Positions 11,935 to 25,247 of a stretch of DNA of 64,000 nucleotides are shown here, piece by piece. The position numbers were made by a program, and so were the translations under genes. This DNA comes from Octopus sinensis. Its lineage: Eukaryota. How positions within the stretch are numbered: position 1 is the stretch's first letter; every line of letters starts with the position of its first letter. The stretch is taken from contig NC_043018.1 in assembly GCF_006345805.1 (NCBI RefSeq), forward strand, positions 3,658,001-3,722,000. The letters are read 5' to 3'. The notes beneath the pieces were generated by a model. The model was not told the origin of the DNA, searched no databases, and saw only the letters and a list, made by a program, of their open reading frames with translations.

Positions 11935-12207
11935 TTGAACACACGAAACGTCGCTAAGCATTTCGCCTGTCATGCTAACGATTCTTACTTCTTTACTACC
12001 CACAAGGGGCTACACACGGAGGGGACAAACAAGGGGATTAAGTCGATTATATCAACCCTAGTATGTAACTGGTACTTATTTAATCGACCTCGAAAGGATG
12101 AAAGGCAAAGTCGACCTTGGCGGAATTTGAACTCAGAAAGTAGACGAACGAAATATCGCTAAGCATTTCGCCCGGAGTGCTTAACGTTTCTGCCAGCTCG
12201 CCGCCTT
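11935..12207 (-). mobile_element. SINE family B
   Basis: Reverse complement of 11116-11350 with an internal deletion. Confidence 0.8.
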
Positions 12208-13212
12208 AATAACGGACTCTCCTGTCAAAGACAACGTATGGGAGTTCAGGTTTTGTCGACCGACCAGCACAAATGATTCGTTTATAGTGATCAAATGTTC
12301 TTGTCCTACATTATCGCCCTCCCTCCATCAAATCGATGTTGTTTGAACAGGTGCACCTGTGTACCACGCGTCGGGTGTCAAAATGGTTGCAGGTCAACGT
12401 GGAATTAAGTGCTTTGCTCAAGAATACAACACACCACCCGGTTTAGGAATTGAAACCACGCTCTGGCGATCGTGAGGGCAACACCTTAACCACTAATAAT
12501 GATGACGATGATGATGATCATTTTTTTATTGACCTCAAATATTATGTACAGCAGAGGATAAAACATTGAATGTGTTGTGTGCGTGTGTGTTGCGAGGGTT
12601 TTGCGTGTCAGGAGAGTCGAGGTTGGAGCGCCTTTGACTACGTATGAAAATTTATTTGCTAGATTAACAGGCATATGGTCAAAGAAAATCAATGTAACAT
12701 CACGAATAGGAACAACCATAATAAGCAGTAATCCCTCTTCTAACCGCGTACACACATCACCACCACCAACACCAACACCACCGCCACGTGATAAATGAGG
12801 TCACTGTCCAGACTAATTCCTCGCGCACTTATAAACACACACACACAACACATGCTTATACACACATACACCATATATGGGAAACAAGGGGTGATGAGGC
12901 GGAGGAGGAGGTTAGAGAATGTAATGGAGTAGAAGCGGCGGCGGCGGTGGTGGTGACTGTCGCCGTTGCGATGGTGGTGGTGGTGGTGGTGGTGGTGTAA
13001 AGTGATAGGAAGTGTGTCACATGTTGTGTCGACTGACGATATTTCGGTCAGCCGGGTCAGTTGCCAAGGTTACGTCATGTCAATAAATGTAACTTTCACA
13101 CCAGCAACTGTTTCGGGTGTACGGGTACGTGTGTGCGTGTGTGTGTGTGTGTGAGGGAAGCGGCGTAAACAGCATGTGTGTGAATGCGTGTAAAAGAAAG
13201 TGGTTAAAACCC

Positions 13213-13284
<72 letters not shown>

Positions 13285-13328
13285 GACACACATATGTATC
13301 TACATATATGAATATCTATCTATCTATG

Positions 13329-13398
<70 letters not shown>

Positions 13399-14099
13399 AT
13401 CATAGACTCATAGAATCACGGTGTCGATCAAGCTATCGGGTGTCATTACACACCGCTGGTGACAATGCGCCTCGCATTCTTTTAGCTTTCGGTTGATGCC
13501 ACTCAACTGGCGAAGTCGGTCGCAGGGGGTGACCCATTTACAGCCGAGTGGACTGGACCAGCGTGAAATGAAGTGTTCTGCTCAAGGACACAACGCTCCG
13601 CCGGTCTGAGAATCGAAACCACCATCTCGCAATCGTAAGTGCAACACCCTAACCGCTAGGCCACGCATTCTCAAATACACACACACATACATACATACAT
13701 ACATGCATACATACATGCATACATACATGTATTTCAAAGGGCCGGCCTTGTCACTCTCTGTGTCACGCTGAATATCCCCGAGAACTACGTTAAGGGTACA
13801 CGTGTCTGTGGAGTGCTCAGCCACTTACACGTTAATTTCACGAGCAGGCTGTTCCGTTGATTCGGATCAACCGGAACCCTCGTCGTCGTAACCGACGGAG
13901 TGCTTCCATTCCACATGCATACACACATACATGCTGCTGCTGAGACCCCGCTTCGGACATGACTGACCATGTCATTGCACCTAGAAAGTTACCCTCCTAG
14001 GCACAAGTCCGGGCAAGGTTGTTTATGGATGACCAGCAGTCAGCCATGCACCGCGGCCCCCACGCCACCAGTGTTATCCAAGAAAAAGGCAAAGGGGCC

Positions 14100-14275
14100 G
14101 ATACCGCTTGGCACCTGTGATGTCGCAACTCATTTCTACGGCTGAGTGAACTGGAGCAACGTGAAATAAAGTGTCTTGCTCAAGAACACAACACGCAGCC
14201 CGGTCCGGGATTCGAACTCACAACCTCACGATCGTAAGCTCGACGCTCTAACCACTGAGCCATGCGCCTTCACAT
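14100..14275 (-). mobile_element. tRNA-headed SINE, family D (GGCGCATGGCTCAGTGGTTAGAGCG head)
   Basis: A and B boxes; near-identical copy at about 56770-56944. Confidence 0.75.
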
Positions 14276-14358
14276 GCAAGCACATACATATACACACACA
14301 TATTCACACATGTACGCATGTATATGTATGTATGTATGTATGTATGTATGCATGTATA

Positions 14359-14777
14359 GGCGCAGGAGTGGCTGTGTGGTGAGTAGCTTGTTAACCAACC
14401 ACATGGTTCCGGGTTCAGTCACACTTCGTGGAATCTTGGGCAAGTGTCTTCTGCTATAGCCCCGGGCCGACCAATGCCTTGTGAGTGGATTTGGTAGACG
14501 GAAACTGAAAGAAGCCTGTCGTATATATGTATATATATGTATATGTGTGTGTGTATATGTTTGTGTGTCTGTGTTTGTCCCCCTAGCATTGCTTGACAAC
14601 CGATGCTGGTGTGTTTACGTCCCCGTCACTTAGCGGTTCGGCAAAAGAGACCGATAGAATAAGTACTGGGCTTACAAAGAATAAGTCCCGGGGTCGATTT
14701 GCTCGACTGGAGGCGGTGCTCCAACATGGCCGCAGTCAAATGACTGAAACAAGTAAAAGAGTAAAAGTGTAAAAGAG
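14359..14777 (+). mobile_element. SINE family A, full length
   Basis: Matches the other copies. Confidence 0.88.
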
Positions 14778-15205
14778 TATGTGTGTGTATATATACGTGA
14801 GTACGTTTGTGCGTATGTATCTATGTATGTATGTAAGTGAGATAGTGCGTATGCATATGCATTTACGTATATATGTATGTATATTACCTTAGTCTAAGGC
14901 TATTTTTACCACTATGTTGCATTGCATACTTATTACGTGTCAAAAGAGTAAATTTAAAATCAATTAAAAAAAAGAATAAGACTGCAATAGTGTGATCGAT
15001 ATAATCTGCTGAGGCCTTTCATAATGATGCCCCAGCTTGGTCGTTGTCATTGACCGCAAATAGTAAAGAAATTAGCTGTGAGTATAAAAGTTCTCACATA
15101 CTCTGTTACAGCTGTGGGCTGACCAACACCATGCGAGAGTATTTGGAAACCGTCGTCCGGTCATTTGTATGTTCATATGTTCATATATATGAGTGCGCGC
15201 ATGTA

Positions 15206-15262
<57 letters not shown>

Positions 15263-15266
15263 ATAT

Positions 15267-15623
15267 ATTAACAATTAAGGAACGGCCATAATAGGCCATT
15301 CACCCACTAGAAATAACAGCTAAAGCTTCTACCGCAGATATTGCCTTGGCAAGATTGGGTATGCCTCGTGTAAATATCTGTTCCGACTTGAGCTATTTCT
15401 TGCTGAAGAATCCGAGGGCTTATGGAAGATTGGCTTGATTTAATTTAATCAGGTTAGTTTACCATTAAACAGCGGATGAAACGGTATACCGTACAAGAAA
15501 TTACAGGGTAATGTTTTTTTTAATTTTCTCCTGTTTACGGAATTAATCTTTATTTGCGGTAGAAGCTTTAGCTGTTATTTCTAGTGGGTGAATGCCTATT
15601 ATGGCCGTTCCTTAATTGTTAAT
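15267..15623. mobile_element. (TA)n-flanked fold-back element (arms of about 74 bp, 15267-15340 and 15551-15623) with a hammerhead motif in the spacer; putative PLE terminal-repeat derivative
   Basis: Arms differ by 1 indel and 1 mismatch; left arm abuts a (TA)n tract. Confidence 0.65.
15395..15501 (+). ncRNA. Type-I hammerhead ribozyme motif, canonical core
   Basis: Stem I ATTTCTTG/CAAGAAAT, core CTGAAGA, stem II ATCCG/CGGAT with a long insert, GAAA, stem III ACGG-TATA-CCGT, GUA site after 15493. Confidence 0.8.
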
Positions 15624-15726
15624 GTTGAACTTAAAAATGGTCTATGACTATTTAATTCTTTCCCACTGGGCCGCTGGTGGCAATAAAATTCTACAAAATT
15701 TTCCTTGCCACCCTATATTGATTAAT

Positions 15727-15763
<37 letters not shown>

Positions 15764-16002
15764 TTTATTTCACATTGCTCCAGTTCACTCAGCTGTAGAA
15801 ATGAGTTGCGACGTCACAGGTGCCAAGCTGTATCGACCTTTGTCTTTCCCTTGGATAACACTGGTGGCGTGGAGAGGGGAGGCCGGTATGCATGGGCGAC
15901 TACTGGTCTTCCATAAAAACAACCTTGCCCAGACTTGTGCCTCAGAGGGTAACTCTCTAGGTGCAAACCCAGGGTCACTCATGACCGAAGGGGGTCAAAT
16001 GA

Positions 16003-16046
<44 letters not shown>

Positions 16047-16070
16047 AAATATATACACATATATACACAT

Positions 16071-16106
<36 letters not shown>

Positions 16107-16150
16107 CACACACACACACATAGATGGATAGATAGATAGATAGATAGATG

Positions 16151-16193
<43 letters not shown>

Positions 16194-16373
16194 CAGATAG
16201 ATAAATAGATAGACAGACAGATAGATAAATAGTGTGTGTACCTCTCTTTTCCTCTCTCCCTATATATATATATATATATATATACATATATATGTATGTA
16301 TGTATATATTGATAAAAACGGTACTATAACAAAAGAAAGAAAGAGACCTCGATATTATGTAAATAGAGAAATT

Positions 16374-16526
16374 TATCTGTAAAAGTAATATGTGACAATT
16401 ATTGGTAGCCAAGATAAAACTCCGAGTTTCGTATAACTGAAGAGATGGTGGCGTGGATTTCCACCTCAGCATCCGAACTCGGAGTTTTAACTTGGCTATC
16501 GAATAATTGTCACATATTACTTTTAC

Positions 16527-16531
<5 letters not shown>
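16374..16531. mobile_element. (TA)n-flanked fold-back element (arms of about 55 bp) with a decayed hammerhead-like spacer
   Basis: 16374-16428 is the near reverse complement of 16476-16531; CTGAAGA at 16437-16443. Confidence 0.55.
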
Positions 16532-16607
<76 letters not shown>

Positions 16608-16621
16608 CATATATATATAGA

Positions 16622-17468
16622 TAGGATCTTTTCGGTTTGAACGGCAGATTTTTTCTAGCAGTGTCATGAAATTGTCACCTATAATTATGACCCTAGTATC
16701 GATCTATTGCATTTCAATCTGTTTTAGGGTTAGGGTTAGGGGTGGGGGAAGGGAAGGGTATCTTTTTTTCTTCACAAATGTAAATAAACCCAATCTGTTT
16801 CTTAAACGAGGGACATATTCATACGGCACAGAATGTTTTTTTTTACCTCAATAGACGTCATTGATAGGTTGAAATTATAAAAATTGCAGAAAAAACAACA
16901 ACAAATATCTTACAAACTAGAATTTTCTCAATAAAGCCAAGAGAAAAAGATGTTGGCGATCTTTCGTCTCTAGTAGACCTTTCCGTCGATTTCCGTAAAA
17001 AAATCTTTTTTTTTTTTACATATGGGCTTGCGGGAACTTTTGAAGTAATATACATACATATACACATACACCGAGTAAAAAATTTCAGTTATCTCTTTCT
17101 TTCACACACACTAACAGAAGCACTTCACTTACACAACATACTGTCTGTCTCCCACACCCCATCAAACACACACACCACACACACACATGTACTTCAATGC
17201 TTGCCATGCACGGTAACTTCAAAAGAACTTCCCTCGTCATAAAATCGCTTTCTCTTAGTCTCTTTCGCTCTCGTTACTTCAAAAGTTCCCGCAAGCCCAT
17301 TTGTAAAAAAAAAAAAAAAAATTTTTTACGGAAATCGACGGAAAGGTCTACTAGAGACGAAAGATCGCCAAGATGTTTTATAAACACATTCTATCAGTAT
17401 ACGAAGTTTAAATGTGTTTAGTTACGTGGAAATTATTAAAAAAAACTGCCGTTCAAACCGAAAAGATC

Positions 17469-17471
<3 letters not shown>
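16622..17471. mobile_element. MITE / non-autonomous DNA transposon inserted in (TA)n, 26-bp perfect TIRs, internal inverted repeat of about 96 bp
   Basis: TAGGATCTTTTCGGTTTGAACGGCAG (16622-16647) and its reverse complement (17446-17471); inner arms 16953-17048 and 17274-17371. Confidence 0.8.
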
Positions 17472-17501
<30 letters not shown>

Positions 17502-17515
17502 CATTTATACATACA

Positions 17516-17551
<36 letters not shown>

Positions 17552-17865
17552 TACTTATACATATATATGTATATGTCTATGTGTATATGTGTGTGTATGT
17601 ATTTATATTTATACACTTACACACACACAGAGGCAAACATGCGTATGTGTCTATGTGGCTGTGTGTAAGTCTGTGAGTGGGCGTGAGTGTTTGCGTGCGT
17701 CGAACATTTCACAGAACAAAAAACGTAAACAAGGGAATGCGCGGACGCGCACTTGTGAGATCATTAATTATTCGGAGAAAATAAAGACCTCTTGCCCAAG
17801 TGCGCCTGTACTTAGGTTTATGATTCAGTCGAAGATGAAGAATGGGCAGGCAAGAAAGTTCATTT

Positions 17866-17892
17866 AGACAAACAGACAGACAGACAGATAAT

Positions 17893-17941
<49 letters not shown>

Positions 17942-18107
17942 GGACGGACGGACGGACGGACGGACGGACGGACGGACAGACAGACAGACAGACGGACGGA
18001 CGGGTGGACGGACGGGCGGACAGACAGATAGACAGACAGATAGACAGACGGACGGACGGACGGACAGACGGACGAACAGAGGGACGGACGGACGGACGGA
18101 CAGAGAC

Positions 18108-18201
<94 letters not shown>

Positions 18202-18410
18202 TTAGATAGCTATGTATGTATGTATGTATGTATGTATGTATGTAGGTAGGTAGACAGATAGATGGATAAATAGATAGATAGATAGATAGATAGATAGAGA
18301 GCTAGATAGATAGATAGATAGATGGATGGATAGATAGATAGATAGATAGAGAGATAGATAGATGGATGAATGGATAGATAGATGGATAGGATAGATGGAT
18401 AGATAGAGGT
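17866..18410. repeat. Compound tetranucleotide microsatellite (GACA, GGAC, GATA, TATG, GATA/GATG)
   Basis: Read directly from the sequence. Confidence 0.9.
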
Positions 18411-18680
18411 ATGTGCTTACGTACTTGCTGATGTAAACACGTACATACCATACGGTAGTAGTTGTCTTATTACATCATAGCAGGCGATTGCCGTTCGTTC
18501 CGTACACGTTCCTCTCATTACAGCAGCGACTGACATGTGCGGCGACCGTTTAAAAGTACATTCTTAGAATTACCTCCCTTTATCTCACTCCTTCCACTTC
18601 CATATCATCGTCATCTCTTTATCTCCCCCTCTCTCTTCTTATCTAACTGCCTCTCACTCTCACTCTCTCCCTTACTCTTG

Positions 18681-18740
<60 letters not shown>

Positions 18741-18752
18741 GTCTATCTGTCA

Positions 18753-18842
<90 letters not shown>

Positions 18843-19849
18843 CTGGCTATCTGTCTGTCTGTCTCTGTCAGTCTCCTTGTCTCTCCCTCTTTCTATTTTT
18901 TCTCAGATTTTCTCTCCTCTTTCTAGTAATCACTGTTTCTTTCTCTATTTCTCCCTTTCTTCCTTTTTAAACTTTCTCCACTCTTAATTTCGGACACTCA
19001 CTCACTCATTACTCACTCACTCACTCATTACTCACTCACTCACAGAATTATCTTCGGCATACTTATCTGCTTGGACAAATTTTTCCGTCTCCCACCATTT
19101 GTTTTCATTTTTTCTTTTCCCACATACATCCACACACATATACATATACATACACACATATATACATACCTACATACTACATAATGCAAACATACATGCA
19201 TACATAGGCACATTCATAGATATACATACCTACAACCACACATACACTCATGCGCACACACTACACACACATATATACAATCACATATACATAAAATATA
19301 CCGCCACACATACACACACACATACACACACACATGCATTCTTATCTCGATCATGTTCGTTTTGTTGATGTTTCTCAGATCGTTAATAAGTGAGATCGGA
19401 TTTCACAAGATGCTGACACCGATAAACATGCAAGGCTGAAGGGAAGTGGGAAAGAAGTGAAGGGGAGCAACGTAGAGTGTCTGACGGCCGAACTCACTTC
19501 GTAGTTCAGAAACTAGAATAAAACTTCGTGTAAACAATGAAATCCAAGGACGTTTACACAGCGACAGTTAAGGTCCTTTATTTACAAAGTTTTGTTTTCA
19601 ATGACGATGCGTTAGTCTCGAATAAAATTTTACCAGGGTGGCTGTGTGGTTGAGAGGCTAGCTTACCAACTTCGTGGTCTTCGGTTCAATCCCACTGAGC
19701 GGCAACTTCGGCAAAGTCTGTCTTCCTCTATTAGCCACGGGCCGCTCAAAGTAGACAGATACTGAAAGAAGCCCTTCCTATATATACATATACATACTTA
19801 CATACATACATACATACATATATATACGACGGGCTTCTTTCAGTTTGCG

Positions 19850-20049
19850 CCTATGTATGTATGTATGTATGTATGTATGTATGTATGTATGTATGTATGT
19901 ATGTATGTATGTATGTATGTATGTATGTATGTATGTGTGTGTGTATGTATGTATGTATGTATGTATGTATGTGTATGTATGTATGTATGTATGTATGTAT
20001 GTATGTATGTATGTGTGTATGTGTGTATGTATGTATGTATGTATGTATG

Positions 20050-20083
<34 letters not shown>

Positions 20084-20440
20084 TGTGTATGTATGTATGT
20101 ATGAATGTGTGTATGTATGTATGTATGTATGTATGTGTGTATGTATGTATGTATGTATGTATGTGTGTGTATGCATGTATGTATGTATGTATGTATGTGT
20201 GTGTATGTATGTATGTATGTATGTATGTATGTATGTATGTATGTGTGTATGTATGTATGAATGTATGTGTGTATGTATGTATGTGTGTATGTATGTATGT
20301 ATGTATGTATATGTATGTGTGTGTATGTATGTATGTATGTATGTATGTATGTATGTGTGGTGTATGTATGTATGTATGTATGAATGTATGTGTGTATGTA
20401 TGTATGTATGTATGAATGTATGTGTGTGTATTCATGTATG
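19850..20440. repeat. (TATG)n microsatellite, about 590 bp
   Basis: Read directly; source of the spurious YVCM/HTYI ORFs. Confidence 0.95.
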
Positions 20441-20890
20441 TCATTATTCGGGTTTATTTCAAGATTTCTTGCCAATAGAGAAAGAACCGGTTTCTAACCT
20501 AGATCCAAGTCTCTTTCATTGGAATTTCAACATCAACAACGGGTTATTTTTGTTTGTATGTTTGTATAAATGCCGATTTGTATGTTTTGTTTTATGTACG
20601 TATTCTCATGCATATAATCACATATCTAGACATGCTCATATATGCTTTAAATGATAATCTTCTGGAAAGTTTTACAGATTTTTACAGTTCCAGTGTTGGA
20701 TTGGATCTGCAAGTCTTCGAATCAGTTTTCTCCTTCCTGGTGTTGAGAACCCTAATTTCTCAAGATTGGTATTTAGGCGGAGTGTTACATATCCCAGGGC
20801 CCCAGTAAATACAGGTACAAACCTGAACATATGCATGTAGGTATGTATGTCTACATAAGATATACATACATATATACATACATACATACA

Positions 20891-20924
<34 letters not shown>

Positions 20925-20945
20925 CATACATACACACACACATAC

Positions 20946-20976
<31 letters not shown>

Positions 20977-21028
20977 CATCATACATACATACATACATAC
21001 ATATATACATACATACACACACACATAC

Positions 21029-21085
<57 letters not shown>

Positions 21086-21567
21086 CACAGACAGATCTCA
21101 TACACACACATATATACATAAATAAATATATGTACACACACACACACGATCGTATGTACATGTTACAGACAACACCTAGATGAAGGTGCTACTTTTCAAT
21201 CCGCAAAAGTGATATAACTTTGACCGGGAGGGACTGATGTCTCATTAATCGTTATCCAACGATTATCAGGTGTTTCGACCCTGATCCCTAATTCCCTTAC
21301 GTTGGTAGATCAGTAGAAGGGAGCCAAATCACTACTCATCACCTCTTGTCTCTTGCTCTACAACCAGCGAGAGAATCCTTTGGGTTGCTTCTCCCATCCC
21401 GCGCACAACTACCCGTCGCTCCCCCCCCCTCATACCAATTCCTGTAAGCATCCTTCGCACCGACTGGATACGTAATCTCCAAACCCTAAAGCCAACCTCG
21501 GCTAGGTTTACAAGCTATGACCGCCATCCCTTTTCTCTGGTTGTGATTACAAAAATATTACTGGGGT

Positions 21568-21971
21568 GCGCAGGAGTGGCTGTGTGGCATGTAGCTTGCT
21601 TACCAACCACACGGTTCCGGGTTCAGTCCCACTGCGTGGCATCTTCGGCAAGTGTCTTCTGCTATAGCCCCGGGCCGACCAATGCCTTGTGAGTGGATTT
21701 GGTAGACGGAAACTGAAAGAAGCCTGTCGTATATATATATATAAGTGTGTGTGTATATGTTTGTGTGTCTGTGTTTGTCCCCCAAGCATTGCTTCACAAC
21801 CGATGCTGGTGTGTTTACGTCCCCGTCACTTAGCGGTTCGGCAAAAGAGACCGATAGAATAAGTACTGGGCTTACAAAGAATAAGTCCCGGGGTCGATTT
21901 GCTCGACTAAAGGCGGTGCTCCAGCATGGCCGCAGTCAAATGACTGAAACAAGTAAAAGAGTAAAAGAGTA
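21568..21971 (+). mobile_element. SINE family A, full length
   Basis: Matches the other copies. Confidence 0.88.
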
Positions 21972-22454
21972 AGACAATGATTAACACCTTTGCAGACTAA
22001 ATAACTAAACATACATCGATTAGGGTGTCACTCATTTAATAGCGTGAAATGAAAAACCTTTAACAACGGAGATTATTAAACGAAAACGACAGACAAAATC
22101 TAGCAGCAGACAGGTTTAAAATCCGAAAAATACGATTGTTTATCTGACAGCACATCAGCAAAATAACCGGTTGTCAATCAAGTGAACGGTGAAAGTAAAA
22201 ACAAACACAAACAACAATGGCAACAACAGAAATGACTGAAAAACAAATTTTTTCTTTCCTTCTGACATTTTTTTGAACAAACATTGCATCATCTGCCAAT
22301 GCCGTAACCAGGACATTTGCTGTTGCATCATTCATTTGTGTTTGTGTGGGGGGACACGGTGTGGTGGTGTCCCTTCCTATTTTCTAAATCAAATTCATTT
22401 TTATATAAATGAATTGCTCCAGTTGTTCAGAACGCAGATTTTTGACTGCTCTTA

Positions 22455-22489
<35 letters not shown>

Positions 22490-22490
22490 T

Positions 22491-22543
<53 letters not shown>

Positions 22544-22711
22544 TCCCTACTTTTAGGTCACTCTAAATAAAACCCTTGATTCAATAGCACTGTGTACAAG
22601 CTCTATACTTGGAATGACCAATTCTAAATACAATTAGATTTTACTCACAAGGCAGTCGGTTAGATCGACCTCGGTAAGCAACCGGTACTTAATTTATCGA
22701 TCTTGAAAATT

Positions 22712-22767
<56 letters not shown>

Positions 22768-25247
22768 GGTGTAGTGAGGAGGAGGAGTAATTGCTTCAAA
22801 TGTTGGTAAGAGGGCAGCATTTTTGAGGGGAAGGAGAGTAACCGATACCATTGATCTCAGTATATGTCTGGTAAACCAACTTGTTGACTCCGGAGGGGTT
22901 GAAAGACAAAAAAGAAGATCAAAGGTATACCAACCATGACCATCCTTTCTTCTATACACACACTTTACACATGGTTTATTTTATATTGCATCAACTGAGG
23001 TAACTCTACGTGGTCCTTTCGTGTGCAAGAACGAGCAACCGAATTTCCTCAAATCAAATCCCGACGTCTTTGTAAAGACACATAACATCGGCCGAGATAT
23101 ACTAAACGGGATAGTCTCAAGTGGATTGTCTTTTATTATTGGGTAGGTGCATAATTATTGTGGCTTTTTTTCAACGGATTTTATCCAACAAAAACAATAG
23201 CAGCACGTCACAAAAACATCTTTAAATGATTATTCCGGAGCATTTGCTTGGCAGACGGTCAGACCGTCATTTAAAGATGTTTTTGTTAAATATTGTTATT
23301 GTTTTTGTTGAATAAAATTTGATGACAAAAAAGCCGCAATAATTTATGCAGCAACCCAATAGTTTGAATATTTGACAGGAGAAAACAGAAATAACATCAA
23401 TGCTACATTGTCCTTGTTTTTCAAGAGATCGTATAATATGATATTAGAGTTTATGAAGTTTGAGCAGTTGTTTGTTGCTAATAAAAATCAATTGAGACTG
23501 TTGTTGACATGGGTGTGTTGGTTTCAAGCAATTGATATCAGTTTCAATACCTAGGCACAGCACATGGGGTAAGCGACTTCTCTTAATCTTGTAGACCCTT
23601 TGAAAAAAAAAGGGTCAAGAAAACGGAACCCTACGTCGCCACGAAGTCATCTAAAAAATATTAAAACAAAAATAAAGCCGACAGCCATTTTATTTCATGT
23701 CAATGGCTTTTGTCGTCTTTGAGGTTCATCATGTCTTCAGAATTTGGTAGGGGAAACGATTGAACATCACGACATTACATTGATAACGGAGCACCTGAGA
23801 AACGAGAAGCCGACCTAGTTTTCAACAGAGAACAAATCGATGTACGGTGGCGGCGGGGGCGGTGTTGATTGTGATGATAATAGCTGTAGTGGTGGTGGTG
23901 TTAACAGTAGTAGTAGCAATGGTAATGGTGTTGGCGGTAGTGGTGGTAGTGATGGTGATGGTAACAGTTGTATTTTTATGGTTGGTTGGTTGGCAGTGTG
24001 GCGTTAGCAGTATCTGTAGGTAAGGCAGTATTATGGTAATGGTAACGGTGATGATGATGGGGGATTGTGGTAATGTCGTGTGATGGTGACAGTTGTAACT
24101 ATGGCGACGGTGGGGCAGTGTGTGAAGGTGGCGCTGGTGGTAATTGGTGTGGTGGTGGTGGTGGTAGTGGTGGTGGTGGTGGTAGTGGTAGTGGTGGTGG
24201 TAGTGGTGGTGGTGGTGGTGGTGGTGTTGAACAAATTCACTTGGTCACAGCTGGATCTTGTTGCTATCGTTGATTTTGTAGTGGTTGTTGTTGTTGTTGC
24301 TGTTGTTCTTGTGGTTGTTATAGCGATAATTATGCGTTACTGCTTTATTGACAACGCTGCTGTTGTTATAAGTAGTAGTAGTAGTAGCAGCAGCAGCAGC
24401 TAGACAAAATGTTATGTAACATTCTGTCCGTCTTTAGGTTCCCAGTTCAAATTCCGATGAGGTCGACTGCTTTCCATCCTTTCGGGTTCGATGAAATAAA
24501 TGTGTGTGTGTGTGTGTGTGTGTGTCTGTAACATTACAACTTAATAAAATCTCTTTGGTCTGAATACCTCTACCTGCCCTCACCACGCCCATACCTACTA
24601 CCTCCTCTTTTCGGGTTACCTTTATCTCTTCCCTACCTCAAATTTCAATACCTTGTCTCTTTAAATGTAGGTTATATATATATTTCTTATCATTTTCTAC
24701 AAATTCTTATTATTTTGTCTTCTCACTTTGATATCCTTACCTATTAACCTCTTATCCCATATAAGTTGTTACTGTTCCTAAATAGAGTTTTTTCAGCTAC
24801 TAAGGTTTATGCGAGATGGCTATACTATGTCCATATAAACGTATATATATATAGAAGTTAAATATAAAATACAAAGTGGGACAAGAACGCAAAAACACAC
24901 AAAGAGACGACACAAAAAAAAAAAAAACAGACGGGTCACTCGAAGCCTCTAATCTTCAGTCGGGAACCGGATCATCTTAGTAATTTCGGCTGTTTAATCT
25001 CGATATTACTCCGATCCGGCCAGCCCCAAGGAAAAACCAAGCCACAGGCATTGAATTTCTTGGCAGTGTGTGTATATGCATATATGTGCATAACCTATTA
25101 ACTTTTTATCCCTTATAAATTGTTATCTTTCTTGTTTGTAAATAGATACCTTTTAGTTACTTAAGTCTATGCGAGATAGACATACTATATCCATATAAAC
25201 GTATAAATATTTGTGTATGTGTACATGTGTACGCATATATGAATATC

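Noticed and set aside
19778-21161. Long ORFs of YVCM/HTYI/IYIY type here and at 2.3-2.9, 26.8-27.4, 33.4-33.8 and 51-53 kb
   Set aside because: Translations of stop-free microsatellites; no start context, splice structure or domain.
21180-21360. Minus-strand GGTCGAAAC, TGATGA and nested hairpins; its end resembles the 36.5-kb element
   Set aside because: A hammerhead needs a missing C3 and several bulges; too many exceptions.
24940-25020. Minus-strand CTGAAGA and a separate GAAA
   Set aside because: The boxes are in the wrong order and no consistent three-way junction forms.
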